A DNA stretch of 27,276 nt from an uncultured delta proteobacterium (GCA_963816145.1 CAWFJP010000019.1:1-27276); one strand, 5' to 3'. Shown: positions 16,886 through 26,854, counted from the first letter of the stretch. Notes: generated by a model from the sequence alone, not told the origin. A program made the numbers and translations.

Positions 16886-17752
16886 CTAAAATTTTAGCGC
16901 ATCTCCAGGTTTAATATTGAGAAGCTTGATCGGCGCATTGCCAAGCGCCGCTTTGAACTCAGCAGCCGTCCGGTTCAAGATCGGCGTCGTCCCATAGTGC
17001 GTCGGAATCACCTGTTTGGGCTGGATTAACTCGCGCACCGCGTAGGCAGCGCGCTCCGGGTCCATGGTGAAGTGGCCGCCAATGCAGACCAGTGCCAGAT
17101 CCGGTTTGAAGAATTTGTTGATTAGCGTCATGTCACCGAACACGTCTGTGTCGCCGCTGTGATAGATTTTGAATCCGCTTTCAAACTCAATGACATAGCC
17201 CACTGCGGGGCCCCCTTCGAGATAGCGCATTCCCTTCGTTTCGGGTTTCACGGCTTGCAAATCCACGCCCCCACTGTGCTCCGCCGGTACCATGTGAACC
17301 CTGATGCCGGGACCGAGCGGCGCTATGCTGCCGCCCTTGTTCATGGCGAGGGTCTTCGAACCATCGAGAACACCGAGCGCGATCAGGTTGTTCACCACCT
17401 CAGAGATTGAAACCACGGTAGCGCCGGTGATTTTCGCCAGCTCGACCATGTCGCCGACATGATCCTGGTGACCGTGAGTAACTAGAATCAGATCGACCTT
17501 ACCGAGATTTTTCAGATCCTTGTATTTTGCCGGGGTCTTGGGATTTTTCGTGAGGAACGGATCGATAACGATTACCTTGCCTTTGGTGCTGGTGAAGCGA
17601 AAGGCGGAGTGACCGAGCCACAACACCTCTACCTGCTGGGCAGAGGCAACTCCGCTAGCGAGTAAAAAGATGGCAATTAGCACCGGTAAGAAACCGCTTT
17701 TGACGTACAAACGCTGAAAGCCAATGAGAGGTATTTGCCTGTGTGTTTTCAC
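16886..17752 (-). CDS. Secreted metallo-beta-lactamase-fold metal-dependent hydrolase (UPF0173/UlaG-like)
   Basis: WLGHSAF, IDPFL, THGHQDH, AEHS, YHSGDT, PTHYGT; signal-peptide-like stretch ending ASA-QQ. Start uncertain (GTG 17752 behind GGAG; track gives 17818). Confidence 0.88.
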   Translation of the reverse strand: MKTHRQIPLIGFQRLYVKSGFLPVLIAIFLLASGVASAQQVEVLWLGHSAFRFTSTKGKVIVIDPFLTKNPKTPAKYKDLKNLGKVDLILVTHGHQDHVGDMVELAKITGATVVSISEVVNNLIALGVLDGSKTLAMNKGGSIAPLGPGIRVHMVPAEHSGGVDLQAVKPETKGMRYLEGGPAVGYVIEFESGFKIYHSGDTDVFGDMTLINKFFKPDLALVCIGGHFTMDPERAAYAVRELIQPKQVIPTHYGTTPILNRTAAEFKAALGNAPIKLLNIKPGDALKF

Positions 17753-17858
17753 CGCTAACATCTCCAAATCGTCCACATCGAGCACACCAAACTCGTTCCG
17801 AGAACCCAAAGTATTCAACAGTTACACCCTGGCCAATCCTGGTTGCGAATTGGATTGC

Positions 17859-17888
17859 AGGTTATTCAAGAAAATAGTTTTATGTCAA
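17859..17888 (-). promoter_or_regulatory. Possible sigma70 promoter for the MBL-fold hydrolase
   Basis: Minus strand TTGACA-N18-TAACCT in an AT-rich divergent spacer. Confidence 0.35.
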
Positions 17889-17944
17889 CTTGAACCGCAT
17901 GCCAGTGGCGGGTGACGTAATTATCTTATATCCAGGGCAAGAGT

Positions 17945-19066
17945 ATGAAAAAAAATCTTAAAGAGTTGATTGGGAGCTACGAGCCCAATCACCCGCTCGC
18001 GGCCGCCTCAACACCACCCTCGTCATGGTACACGGATCTGAGCACTTTTGAATTGGAACTGCGCAGAATCTTGCCGCGAGCTTGGCAATTCGCCGGCCGC
18101 GCCGATCAAGTCCGCGAGCCTGGACAATACCTCACTTGCGATATTGCCGGCGAACCGATGGTCGTCATCCGAGGCAGCGACAGCGTCCTACGTGGCTTCT
18201 TCAACGTCTGCCGCCACCACGCTGCTACCGTAATCACGCAATGCGCCGGCCGCGCGGAAAATCTTCGCTGCCCCTATCACGGCTGGACTTACGATCTGGA
18301 AGGGAAACTCATTTTCACACCGGACTTTGCCGGCGTCAAAGATTTTAATCGCAGCGCCAACGGTCTCATCCCCGTTCAGACTGCCGAATGGCAAAACTGG
18401 GTGTTTATTAAACTAGAAAGCGGCGAGCCGAACCTGACGGACTACGTCGGCGCCGATCTGATTGAACGCCTTGAACCCTTGAATCTTGAACGGTACTCGT
18501 GGTTCGAGCGACGTTCTTATTTTTTGAACTGCAACTGGAAAGTCTTCGTCGATAATTATCTCGACGGCGGCTACCACGTGCCGCATATCCACGGCGGCTT
18601 GAGCAGCATTTTAGACAACAGCAAATACCGGATCGAAACCGGCGAACGCTTTTGCCTGCAATCGAGTCCCATCGCGTCGGAAAAGGGCGATGCGGGAACC
18701 GCCGCCGTCCGCAAAGGCGAGCGCACCAACTATCTCTGGATCTATCCCAATTTCATGATCAATATTTACGACGAAGTGATGGACACCAATCTGGTCATCC
18801 CGCACGGCGTCGACAAAACTGAAGTGATCTTCGACTACTATTTCGCTGATGTCTCCGTATCGGCACGAGAACAAAATCTCGCCAGCATCGCCGTCAGCGA
18901 GCAGATTCAGACCGAAGATGTCGCGATCTGTGAATCGGTGCAGCGAGGTTTGAATTCCCGCGCCTACGACACCGGGCGGCTGTCGGTTCGGCGCGAAGCC
19001 GGCGAGTATTTGTTCCATCGTCTGCTGCATGCCGATTTGAAGTCCGGGATCTCCAAGCAGCCGTGA
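17945..19066 (+). CDS. Rieske non-heme iron oxygenase alpha subunit, choline monooxygenase-like
   Basis: Rieske CRHH...CPYHGW; mononuclear Fe motif DNYLDGGYHVPHIH; QTEDVAICESVQRGL. Confidence 0.9.
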   Translation: MKKNLKELIGSYEPNHPLAAASTPPSSWYTDLSTFELELRRILPRAWQFAGRADQVREPGQYLTCDIAGEPMVVIRGSDSVLRGFFNVCRHHAATVITQCAGRAENLRCPYHGWTYDLEGKLIFTPDFAGVKDFNRSANGLIPVQTAEWQNWVFIKLESGEPNLTDYVGADLIERLEPLNLERYSWFERRSYFLNCNWKVFVDNYLDGGYHVPHIHGGLSSILDNSKYRIETGERFCLQSSPIASEKGDAGTAAVRKGERTNYLWIYPNFMINIYDEVMDTNLVIPHGVDKTEVIFDYYFADVSVSAREQNLASIAVSEQIQTEDVAICESVQRGLNSRAYDTGRLSVRREAGEYLFHRLLHADLKSGISKQP

Positions 19067-19112
19067 GTTTTGCTAAGCCGCAAATTTCGTCGTAATATTC
19101 CGATCAAATCCA

Positions 19113-20069
19113 ATGCCACCGAAAATTTATATCGACGGCCAGGCCGGCACCACCGCGCTGCGCATTCGCGAGTGGCTCGCGGGGCGAAATGACCTCGAAG
19201 TCGTGACGCTTCCGGAAGAGCTGCGCAAAGAGCCGGCGGCACGGAAAAAGGCGCTGCAAGATGCCAGCATCGTGCTGCTCTGCCTTCCCGACGACGCGGC
19301 CAAGGAAGCGGCAGCGTGGCTTGCCGACTCGCCGGTGCGGATTCTCGACGCCAGCACGGCGCATCGGGTGGCCGATGACTGGGTTTACGGCTTGCCCGAA
19401 CTCGTCGCTGGCCAGCGCGAGCTGATCACCAAAGCGAAGCGGGTGGCCAATCCCGGCTGCTACTCATCCGCGGTCATCCTACTGACCCGGCCGCTCGTCA
19501 ACGCCGGTTTGATTGCACCCGACATGCCGCTGGCGATTCACGCGCTGTCGGGCTATTCCGGCGGCGGCCGGGCATTGATCGAACGCTGGGAAGATCCAAA
19601 AAAAAAGTTAATCCATTTGCCTCATGAAGCGCCCTACAGCATCGGCAAGCTGCACAAGCATATCCCGGAGATTATGCGCCACGGTGCCATCAGCGCCGAG
19701 CCGCAGTTTCTCCCCAACGTCGGCCCATTTCGCTGCGGCATGCGGGTCGAGATCATGATTCCTGCAAAGGCTCTGCCGAAAGCCGGCGTCGGCAAGGCGA
19801 TGTGGGAAGCGTTATCAGCACGTTACGACAAGGAACTCTTTGTCGATGTCGAACCGCTCACCGATGCCAGCGAGGCAGACGAGATGAGCTTCGATCCGCA
19901 GGAGTTCAACTATACCAATCGAATTTCCTTGCGCGTCCTGCCGCACCAGTCGGGCCATGTCATTTTAATGGCGCGCCTCGACAATCTCGGCAAAGGCGCC
20001 GCCGGCGTGGCGATTCAGAATTTGAATCTCATGCTCGGCGTCAACGAAGAGACCTGCTTGCCGTCCTAA
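19113..20069 (+). CDS. argC: N-acetyl-gamma-glutamyl-phosphate reductase (type 2)
   Basis: KIYIDGQAGTTALRI, DASTAHR, YGLPEL, catalytic NPGCY, SGYSGGG, RLDNLGKGA. Confidence 0.95.
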   Translation: MPPKIYIDGQAGTTALRIREWLAGRNDLEVVTLPEELRKEPAARKKALQDASIVLLCLPDDAAKEAAAWLADSPVRILDASTAHRVADDWVYGLPELVAGQRELITKAKRVANPGCYSSAVILLTRPLVNAGLIAPDMPLAIHALSGYSGGGRALIERWEDPKKKLIHLPHEAPYSIGKLHKHIPEIMRHGAISAEPQFLPNVGPFRCGMRVEIMIPAKALPKAGVGKAMWEALSARYDKELFVDVEPLTDASEADEMSFDPQEFNYTNRISLRVLPHQSGHVILMARLDNLGKGAAGVAIQNLNLMLGVNEETCLPS

Positions 20070-21305
20070 GTCAGCGTCTCGCTAGCAAGCGCGACTTCCG
20101 TCGGCGCTTCGCGCCGACGTTCGACGAACGGCAACATCCAGTGGCTCAACACTCCTAACGTCAGCGAACCGATGCCGCACAGTAGATAGAGCATGTCGGT
20201 GCCGCTGCGATCGACCAGCCAGCCGGCGGTTAAGTTGGACAAGATGCCGGCCAGGCCGCTGCCGACCATCGACAGAATGCCCTGCGCCGTCGAGCGCAAC
20301 TTCTCCGGCGCGACGACGTCGAGATAAAGCGGGCTGCCCAAATTCAAACCGACCACCATCACTCCATGCAACGCCTGCACGGCAAATAGTATCGATTCGG
20401 TCGGTAATCAGCGCCGATAGGATCCAACGCAAACCGCCGACGGTGACCCCGACGGTGAGCATGCCGCGCGCACCCAGCCGCTTCAAACCACTCCCGGTCG
20501 ACAAAACCAACGGGATCTCGACGATCAACATGAGAATCCACATGTTGCGAATCATGCCCAAGTCGCCGCCGCGCGCGCGAACAAAAATCGGAAATAACCA
20601 CATCGGCCCGTGCATGAGAAAGTGGGCAAGCAGCGAGAAACAGAGAAACCGCACAAACGCGCGATTATGCAGCAGCTCGCGCCAATCGCCGCGCGCCGCG
20701 CGCAGACCGACGGCGCCTTTCTGGGGCAACGAAAAGGCGATCAATGCCGCGAGAAAAACCAAAGACGCCGTCAGCGGAAACATCAAGCCCAACGCCGGTT
20801 GAGAAACATTGGTCGCCGACGGAAGCTCCCGTCTGCGTGCGGCAGCGAAGCCAGCGCCCAGGGCAACACAAGCACAAGGATAAAATAACCGCCCGAGCCC
20901 CAAGCTCGCACCCGGCCGAACGCGTGGCGCCCGGCGTCGCGCAAAATCGCCAGACTCACCGACATCATCAATGGAAACACCGCCGTGCCGACGACGGCGA
21001 GCGCGGATGTCGCGATCACGATCGACCAGAAACCGTGCGCGTAACCAAGCCCGAGGTAGCCCAGCGCCGTGCCCAGAGGTGAGAAACGCCAGCACGCGCG
21101 TGCGCGCGCCGGTGCGGTCCGCGACTTGCCCCCAGAACGGTTGAGAGATCATGCCGATCAAAGGCGAGATCGCCAAGACAAATCCGACTTGGGTCCCCGT
21201 CAACCCGGCGTTCTCACGCAGATAGAGTGTAAAGTAGGGATAAAAGATCCCGAGCGAGCCAAAATAGGTGAACCAAAACAGCGTCAACGGGATCGAATGC
21301 CACAT
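20066..21305 (-). CDS. MFS transporter (MFS_1_like, HcaT/nucleoside permease-type), broken by three single-base frameshifts as sequenced
   Basis: MWHSIPLTLFWFTYFGSLGIFYPYF...WGQVADRTG; FGRVRAWGS lies in a second frame; C-terminal QALHG...LRSTAQG...GWLVDRSG again lies outside the starting frame. Indels near 21077 (+1), 20829 (-1) and 20399 (+1) restore one ORF of about 410 aa. Confidence 0.85.
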
Positions 21306-21328
21306 CGGCCGATGATAGCATTCATCGT

Positions 21329-21428
21329 CGCCGTCTACGACGGCGGTTCCAAGTGTTCCAGATGTTCCAATCGTCGGATTCCGAATTACACTTGGAACCT
21401 TTGGAACCCATGGAACTATTGGAACGAG
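21329..21428. repeat. Inverted pair of 9-bp-period arrays (3 x GTTCCA-N3 facing 4 x TGGAAC-N3) with adjacent small hairpins
   Basis: CGCCGTC-TAC-GACGGCG (21329-21345); GTTCCA at 21346, 21355, 21364; central TCGGA-T-TCCGA; TGGAAC at 21393, 21402, 21411, 21420. Confidence 0.85.
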
Positions 21429-21572
21429 AGGAAAGTTAGCCCACATGACGGGCACCGCTGGCCAATCGCGAGCCGCCCTCCTCATCTCAACCGCAAGCTT
21501 TTTTCTTTGGAAACATTCAATAACTTGCAACGGAAACTAAGGGATAGCATAGTGCCTCGAATAGGCATCAAC

Positions 21573-22944
21573 ATGGGCTCGACGATCTCAACCACCGACG
21601 TAAAAATGCGCGTGCTCGTCATCGATGACGAGAAGAACATTCGCACCACTCTTGCCTTTTGCCTCGAACAAGCTGGCTGTCTGGTAACTGCGGTAGCCTC
21701 TCCCGAGGGCGCCTGGGACGCGCTTAGCCAACATGCTTACGAATTGGCGTTCCTCGATGTCCGGCTCGGTCAATCGAGCGGCCTTGATCTCATTCCGAAA
21801 CTCATCGCTGACTGTCCCAACCTGATGGTGGTCATGGTGACCGCCTACGCAACCATCGACAGCGCGGTGGAAGCCATCAAGCGCGGCGCCGCCGATTATC
21901 TCGCCAAGCCATTTACCCCGGCGCAGATTCGCCTCATCGTCGATCAGTGCGTCAAACAACGGGATTTTAAAAGGCAACTGACCGACCTGGAGGGCCGCCT
22001 GCGCGAGGCCGCGCCGGAGACCGATCTGGAATCCGACTCGCCCAAAGTCCGCGCGGTTTATGAAATCGCCGCGAAAGTAGCCGCTTCCGATGCGCCGGTT
22101 TTGCTTCGCGGTGAAAGCGGCACAGGCAAAAGCGTGCTCGCCCGCTGGATTCACTCGCTGAGCCACCGCAGTCGCCAACCCTTCGTCGTTGTCAATTGCC
22201 CGACGCTCTCCGAAGAGTTGCTAACCAGCGAACTGTTTGGCCACACCAAAGGAGCCTTCACCGGCGCCGTGCGTGATCAGCCGGGTCGCGTCGAGGCCGC
22301 CGAGGGTGGCACTCTGTTTCTCGATGAGATTGGCGATATCTCGCCGGCCCTGCAAGCAAAACTATTGCGTTTCATCGAGGAAAAGGAATTCGAACGGCTC
22401 GGCGAAAACAAAACCAGGCACGCCGACGTTCGAACAGTTGCCGCCACCAACCGTGATCTTGAAGAGCAGATGCGCAAGGGATTGTTTCGCGAGGACCTGC
22501 TTTACCGTCTAAACGTTATCGAATTGGAGTTGCCGCCGCTCCGGCAACGGCCCGAGGATATCCTGCGCCTGGCGCGGCGCTTTCTCGTGTTCTTCGCAAG
22601 ATCGGCCCGGCGACAGACGCCGGAGCTATCGAAAGCCGCGGAAGCGTGCGCTGACGGCTTATGACTGGCCCGGCAATATCCGCGAGCTCAGAAACACCGT
22701 CGAACGAGCAGTGATTCTTTGGCCCGCCCAGGTGATCGAACCGGAAGCCTTTCCCGCGCATATTTCGGCGCGGGTTAAGCCCGCCGATGCGCCGCAAGTA
22801 GGTGGAAACTTCTCCTTGGAGGATATCGAGCGGGAACATATCACTCGCGTAATCGCCCGTTCGCCGACCTTGGAGGACGCCGCGGCCATCCTCGGCATCG
22901 ATGGTTCGACGCTTTGGCGCAAACGCAAGAAATACGAGAGTTGA
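21573..22944 (+). CDS. Sigma54-dependent response regulator (NtrC/AlgB-like REC-AAA+-Fis HTH), one +1 frameshift near 22647 as sequenced
   Basis: REC (VLVIDDE, FLD, AKPF), GESGTGKS, ELFGHTKGAFTGA, LFLDEIG, FREDLLYRL. Removing one base near 22647 gives YDWPGNIRELRNTVERA and the HTH AAAILGIDGSTLWRK. Start 21573 or 21606. Confidence 0.9.
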
Positions 22945-22951
22945 AACCGAA

Positions 22952-23593
22952 TCAATGCAGCTTGCCGAGCCGCTTCAAGGCGGCGGTCGCAGCTTCATAA
23001 GAATGATCTGCGGTGACCGCCATATAATAGTACTGAACGGCGCGCCGTTCGTCCCCTTCACTCTCGCACAGAAAGCCCAACCAGTAGTAAGGCTCCGGCC
23101 GATCCAGTGCCCGTGACATCGCCGCCTTGAGATAAGCACGCGCTTCGATGTTGGCCTTGCGCTCGCGCGCGAGCTCCGCCAAGTGCATCAGATCGTCGAA
23201 TGAACCCCCCGATCCCAGCCGCTGGCGAAAAAGAATTTCCTCCGCTAACAGCACAATCACCTTGGGATCGAAGGGCTTTTCCAAAAATTCCACCGCGCCG
23301 AGCTTCATGGCTTGCACGGCGTTGGCTGCCGAACCATAAGCGGTAACAATAACGACCGCCGTCTTGGGACTGAGAGCGCGGATATTTGCAAGCACGTCAA
23401 GCCCGGCCATTTTCGGCATATGGAGATCGACGAATGCGATGTCCGGGTGTTTATTTTTGCAAATATCCAAAGCTTCGTCGCCGTCCTTGGCCACATCGAC
23501 CAGATAACCTGCCGCCTCCAGGACCATCGCTAAGTTTTTGCGGATATTCCGCTCGTCGTCGGCCACCAGAATTCGCGATTTCGATTCCATCAT
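22952..23593 (-). CDS. Response regulator: REC domain plus C-terminal TPR-like helices, no DNA-binding domain
   Basis: ILVADDE, FVDLHMP, TAYG, EKPFD; then PEPYYWLGFLCESEGDERRAVQYY. ATGA overlap with the upstream kinase. Confidence 0.9.
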   Translation of the reverse strand: MMESKSRILVADDERNIRKNLAMVLEAAGYLVDVAKDGDEALDICKNKHPDIAFVDLHMPKMAGLDVLANIRALSPKTAVVIVTAYGSAANAVQAMKLGAVEFLEKPFDPKVIVLLAEEILFRQRLGSGGSFDDLMHLAELARERKANIEARAYLKAAMSRALDRPEPYYWLGFLCESEGDERRAVQYYYMAVTADHSYEAATAALKRLGKLH

Positions 23594-25446
23594 GGCAGGA
23601 CTCCCTCCGAGGCGGTTTTAACTACTGCGGGCAAGGTAAACCAAAACCGGCTCCCCTTGCCGGGCACGCTTTCCACGCCTATTTCACCGCCGTGGGCACG
23701 GACAATTTCCTTGGCGATATACAGCCCAAGTCCAGTGCCCTTGTCTCCCGATTGGGGGACTCGGTAAAATTTTTCAAAGATTCTTTCTTGATATTCTTTT
23801 GGCACTCCCGTACCGGTATCAGCCACAGTGAAACGCACGGAACCGTCGATGGCTTCCGCGCCTAGCGTGATACTCCCGCCCTTCGGCGTATGCCGCATCG
23901 CATTGCCGATCAGATTGGAAAATACATGGCCGATACGATCGTGATCGGCTAGTACGCTCAACTCATGTAGCGAAACTTCGGCGGTCAGAATCACGCCTTT
24001 GGCGTCGGCATCGGCTTTGAACTCATCGACGGCACTCATCATGAGATCGGATACGTTGGTCGGCAACGGATACAGTTCGACGCGCCCAGATTCGATCCGA
24101 GAGAGATCCAAAAAATCGTCAACCATGCCTTGCAATCGATCACAATCCTCGCGTGCGGCGTGAAGCAGCTCGGCCTGCTTATCGGTGAGCGGCCCGGCGA
24201 CCTGCTCGGTGCAAAGATGAACCGCCATGCGCAGCGACGTCAGCGGTGTGCGAAATTCGTGGGCTACGGTGGCGACTAGATCATTTTTGAGCTCCTCGAA
24301 GCGGCGCAAGCGCGTAACGTCCTGTAGGATCACCGTGGCGCCGACAACCACCCCTCGGGTCTCGTACACGGGCGCCCCTCGCGGTAGGAAATAACGGTCG
24401 CCCAAAAGTGTGGAAAGTTGCACCGCATCCTCAAAACCCCTGGGGGAATAAGCTCCTTTGCCGCTGAGCACATGGCTGCGAATCCGTTCGATCACCGCGA
24501 CCGTCGACGCATGGACGCTCTTGAGCGGGTCTTTTGACGAAGAATCGGGTCTAAGTCCGAGCAACGTTTCCGCCGCTTGGTTAACATTCTGCAAGCTGCC
24601 TTCCACACTGAAAATCGCCACCGGGTCCGGAATGCTATCGATGGCCGCCTGCATGCTCAAGTGGGCTTGGAGCAAATCTCCCAGCGAGCTTTTGCGATAG
24701 TCGGCCAAGCGCCCCGCCATGGCGTTGAAGTCCTGCGCCAGGCGCGCCAGCTCGTCGTGCCCGTGCACGCGGGCGCGCGCGTCGAAATTGCCTTCGCCGA
24801 GTTTGCGCGTTGCTTCGCTTAGGGCCGAGAGCGGCTGCAGCAAGCGCCGAGTCAAGAACGTCGAGACGAGGAGTCCCAGTGCCAATGCCGCCAGCGCCAC
24901 AGTAACGGTAATCTCATTCATGCGCTCGCCAGTGCGCCGCACGTCGTCGCTCTTGCGCACCATGGTGTCTTGATTGATCGCCAAAATCTCGTCGGCGGAG
25001 GCTTTGACCTTATAAAATGCCGCTTCGAGCTCAGAGAAGTAGAGCTTGCGCAGTTCGTCGGCGCCTGTCGTTGCCTGAAGATGATCGAACTTCGCTAGAT
25101 AATCGGTCCACGCCGCGCGTAGCCCCGCGGTAAACTCCTTTTCCCCAGCTTCGGTGATATTGCCTTCTTGTACCTTGAGCTCGGCTTCGAAGATGGGTCG
25201 GAATTTCGCAGCCTGCTGGACACCTTTTTCGTGCTGCCCTGCAACCAAGAACAGCGCCGCGCTGTCCATCCGCTCAATGGATTCCTTCATGCGTTGCGCC
25301 GCAAGCACGCTGCGGTAATTGTCCTTCAAGATCGTCTGCGAGTGCGATCCTAGATACGAGATTGCCACCACCGAGAAAATTCCCAGGCTGACCAGCGCCA
25401 GCGCGATCGGACTTTGCGCAAGCAAGAGTTTTCTGTAGAGGTTCAT
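23590..25446 (-). CDS. Sensor histidine kinase: TM - helical periplasmic domain - TM - HAMP - PAS - HisKA - HATPase (KinB-like architecture)
   Basis: DELARLAQDFNAM HAMP; VAHEFRTPL intact H-box; NLIGNAMRHT, DTGTG, GTGLGL; ATGA overlap with the upstream gene. Confidence 0.93.
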   Translation of the reverse strand: MNLYRKLLLAQSPIALALVSLGIFSVVAISYLGSHSQTILKDNYRSVLAAQRMKESIERMDSAALFLVAGQHEKGVQQAAKFRPIFEAELKVQEGNITEAGEKEFTAGLRAAWTDYLAKFDHLQATTGADELRKLYFSELEAAFYKVKASADEILAINQDTMVRKSDDVRRTGERMNEITVTVALAALALGLLVSTFLTRRLLQPLSALSEATRKLGEGNFDARARVHGHDELARLAQDFNAMAGRLADYRKSSLGDLLQAHLSMQAAIDSIPDPVAIFSVEGSLQNVNQAAETLLGLRPDSSSKDPLKSVHASTVAVIERIRSHVLSGKGAYSPRGFEDAVQLSTLLGDRYFLPRGAPVYETRGVVVGATVILQDVTRLRRFEELKNDLVATVAHEFRTPLTSLRMAVHLCTEQVAGPLTDKQAELLHAAREDCDRLQGMVDDFLDLSRIESGRVELYPLPTNVSDLMMSAVDEFKADADAKGVILTAEVSLHELSVLADHDRIGHVFSNLIGNAMRHTPKGGSITLGAEAIDGSVRFTVADTGTGVPKEYQERIFEKFYRVPQSGDKGTGLGLYIAKEIVRAHGGEIGVESVPGKGSRFWFTLPAVVKTASEGVLP

Positions 25447-26600
25447 TCCTTACCCTCCTGATCTTCCAAGGACACGATGTGGAGATCGAAGCCGACAGCT
25501 GCGGTGACCAGCTTAAACACCGGCGACTGGCCTAACAGACGACGCCACCATGATTTATGCGAACGCCCGACGACGATATGGCGAACACCATGATCGCGGG
25601 CAAATTCGAGCAGGGCTTCGACCGGCGTTTCCGACCTCAGCCGCACGACTTCTGCGCCCAGGTCTCTGGCTCGTTGTTCGTCTTCCAACAGATAGCGCTG
25701 CAACGTCGCATCGATGCGGTGGCCCGATTCGCCTTTAGATTCCACGTGGACAACGAACCAATCCGTATTTAGACGCCCCGCCAAACGCGATCCTTGACGG
25801 AGCAACAGGACACCATGAGGCGGTGGGCGGGTCGGCAAGCAAACCATCACGCGCTCGCTGGCTGCCGCTCTGCGCCCGGCATCATCGTCGTCGGCTTTTG
25901 CCGAGACCGCGCGGTCGACGCTTTCCGCCACCTCGCGCAGTGCAATTTCCCGCAACACCGTGAGTTTCTCGGGCTGAAAAAAGTTTTCCAGCGCCCAGCC
26001 AACCTTATCCGGCGCATAAATTTTGCCCGCTTTAAGGCGGTCGATGAGATCTTCGACCGCTAGATCGATATCGACCACTTGGTCGGCCCGCTTCAGGATT
26101 GAGTCCGGAACTGTCTCGCGAACGATCACGCCCGTCGCTTGCTTAACCATGTCGTTGAGACTTTCGAGATGCTGCACGTTGAAAGCGCAGATCACGTTGA
26201 TGCCGGCGTCGAGCAGTTCCAACACATCCTGATAGCGCTTTTTGTTGCGGCAAAAGGGTGCGTTGGTGTGGGCTAGCTCATCGACGATCGCCAGCTGTGG
26301 GCGGCGCTTGAGAATGGCGTCCAAGTCCATCTCTTCGACAATCACGCCGCGATACTCGACATGCTGGCGCGGCACCACTTCGAGTCCCTCGATCAGCGCC
26401 GCGGTGTCGAGCCGGTCATGGGGTTCGATAAAACCCAACACCACATCCACCCCGCGCTTCTGTAAGGCGTGAGCCTCTTCAAGCATCTGGTAGGTCTTGC
26501 CGACGCCGGCGGCCGAGCCGATATAGACTTTCAGTCGGCCGCGCTTGGCACGCTCGACCAACTCTAAAAAATCTTCCGGTCTTTTACGCTCGGTCTGCAT
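25443..26600 (-). CDS. kdpD: Stand-alone KdpD N-terminal sensor domain plus Usp domain (no TM, no kinase domain)
   Basis: RGRLKVYIGSAAGVGKTYQML, VDELAHTN, KRYQDV, NVQHLESLND, VRETVPD, LREIALRE, then a Usp-like domain (HIVVGRS). ATG at 26600 preferred over 26651. Confidence 0.92.
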   Translation of the reverse strand: MQTERKRPEDFLELVERAKRGRLKVYIGSAAGVGKTYQMLEEAHALQKRGVDVVLGFIEPHDRLDTAALIEGLEVVPRQHVEYRGVIVEEMDLDAILKRRPQLAIVDELAHTNAPFCRNKKRYQDVLELLDAGINVICAFNVQHLESLNDMVKQATGVIVRETVPDSILKRADQVVDIDLAVEDLIDRLKAGKIYAPDKVGWALENFFQPEKLTVLREIALREVAESVDRAVSAKADDDDAGRRAAASERVMVCLPTRPPPHGVLLLRQGSRLAGRLNTDWFVVHVESKGESGHRIDATLQRYLLEDEQRARDLGAEVVRLRSETPVEALLEFARDHGVRHIVVGRSHKSWWRRLLGQSPVFKLVTAAVGFDLHIVSLEDQEGKE

Positions 26601-26854
26601 CGACGATTTTTTCCCGCGATGAACAAGGCTGAAAATGGCTCGAGCCGACAAGCCCGATCAACCGTATGGCCCGACCGAGCGCTTACCGGCAGCATAAGGA
26701 TATACCGATCATACATCTAAACAGTTAAATGTCTCCCGGTAATCCCACCTTCTCAATATCATTGCCTGACCTGGTCGAACAACGAACGGGACAGCAAACC
26801 TTCATCGATTATAATCTTTTGGCTTCACTTTATGCGTCTTACCTTCAGCGCCCG

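Noticed and set aside
21346-21428. CRISPR array interpretation of the short repeats
   Set aside because: 6-bp cores with 3-bp linkers are far too short, the arms are inverted, and there are no cas genes.
21069-21572. Long N-terminal extensions of the track ORFs 21069..22664 (WNLWNPWNYWNE) and 20082..21530 (VPIVPWVPKVP, GTSGTLGT)
   Set aside because: Read-through of the intergenic 9-bp arrays; recognisable domains begin at 21573/21606 and 21305.
22711-22944. Separate 77-aa Fis-HTH gene
   Set aside because: It is the C-terminus of the sigma54 regulator displaced by the frameshift near 22647.
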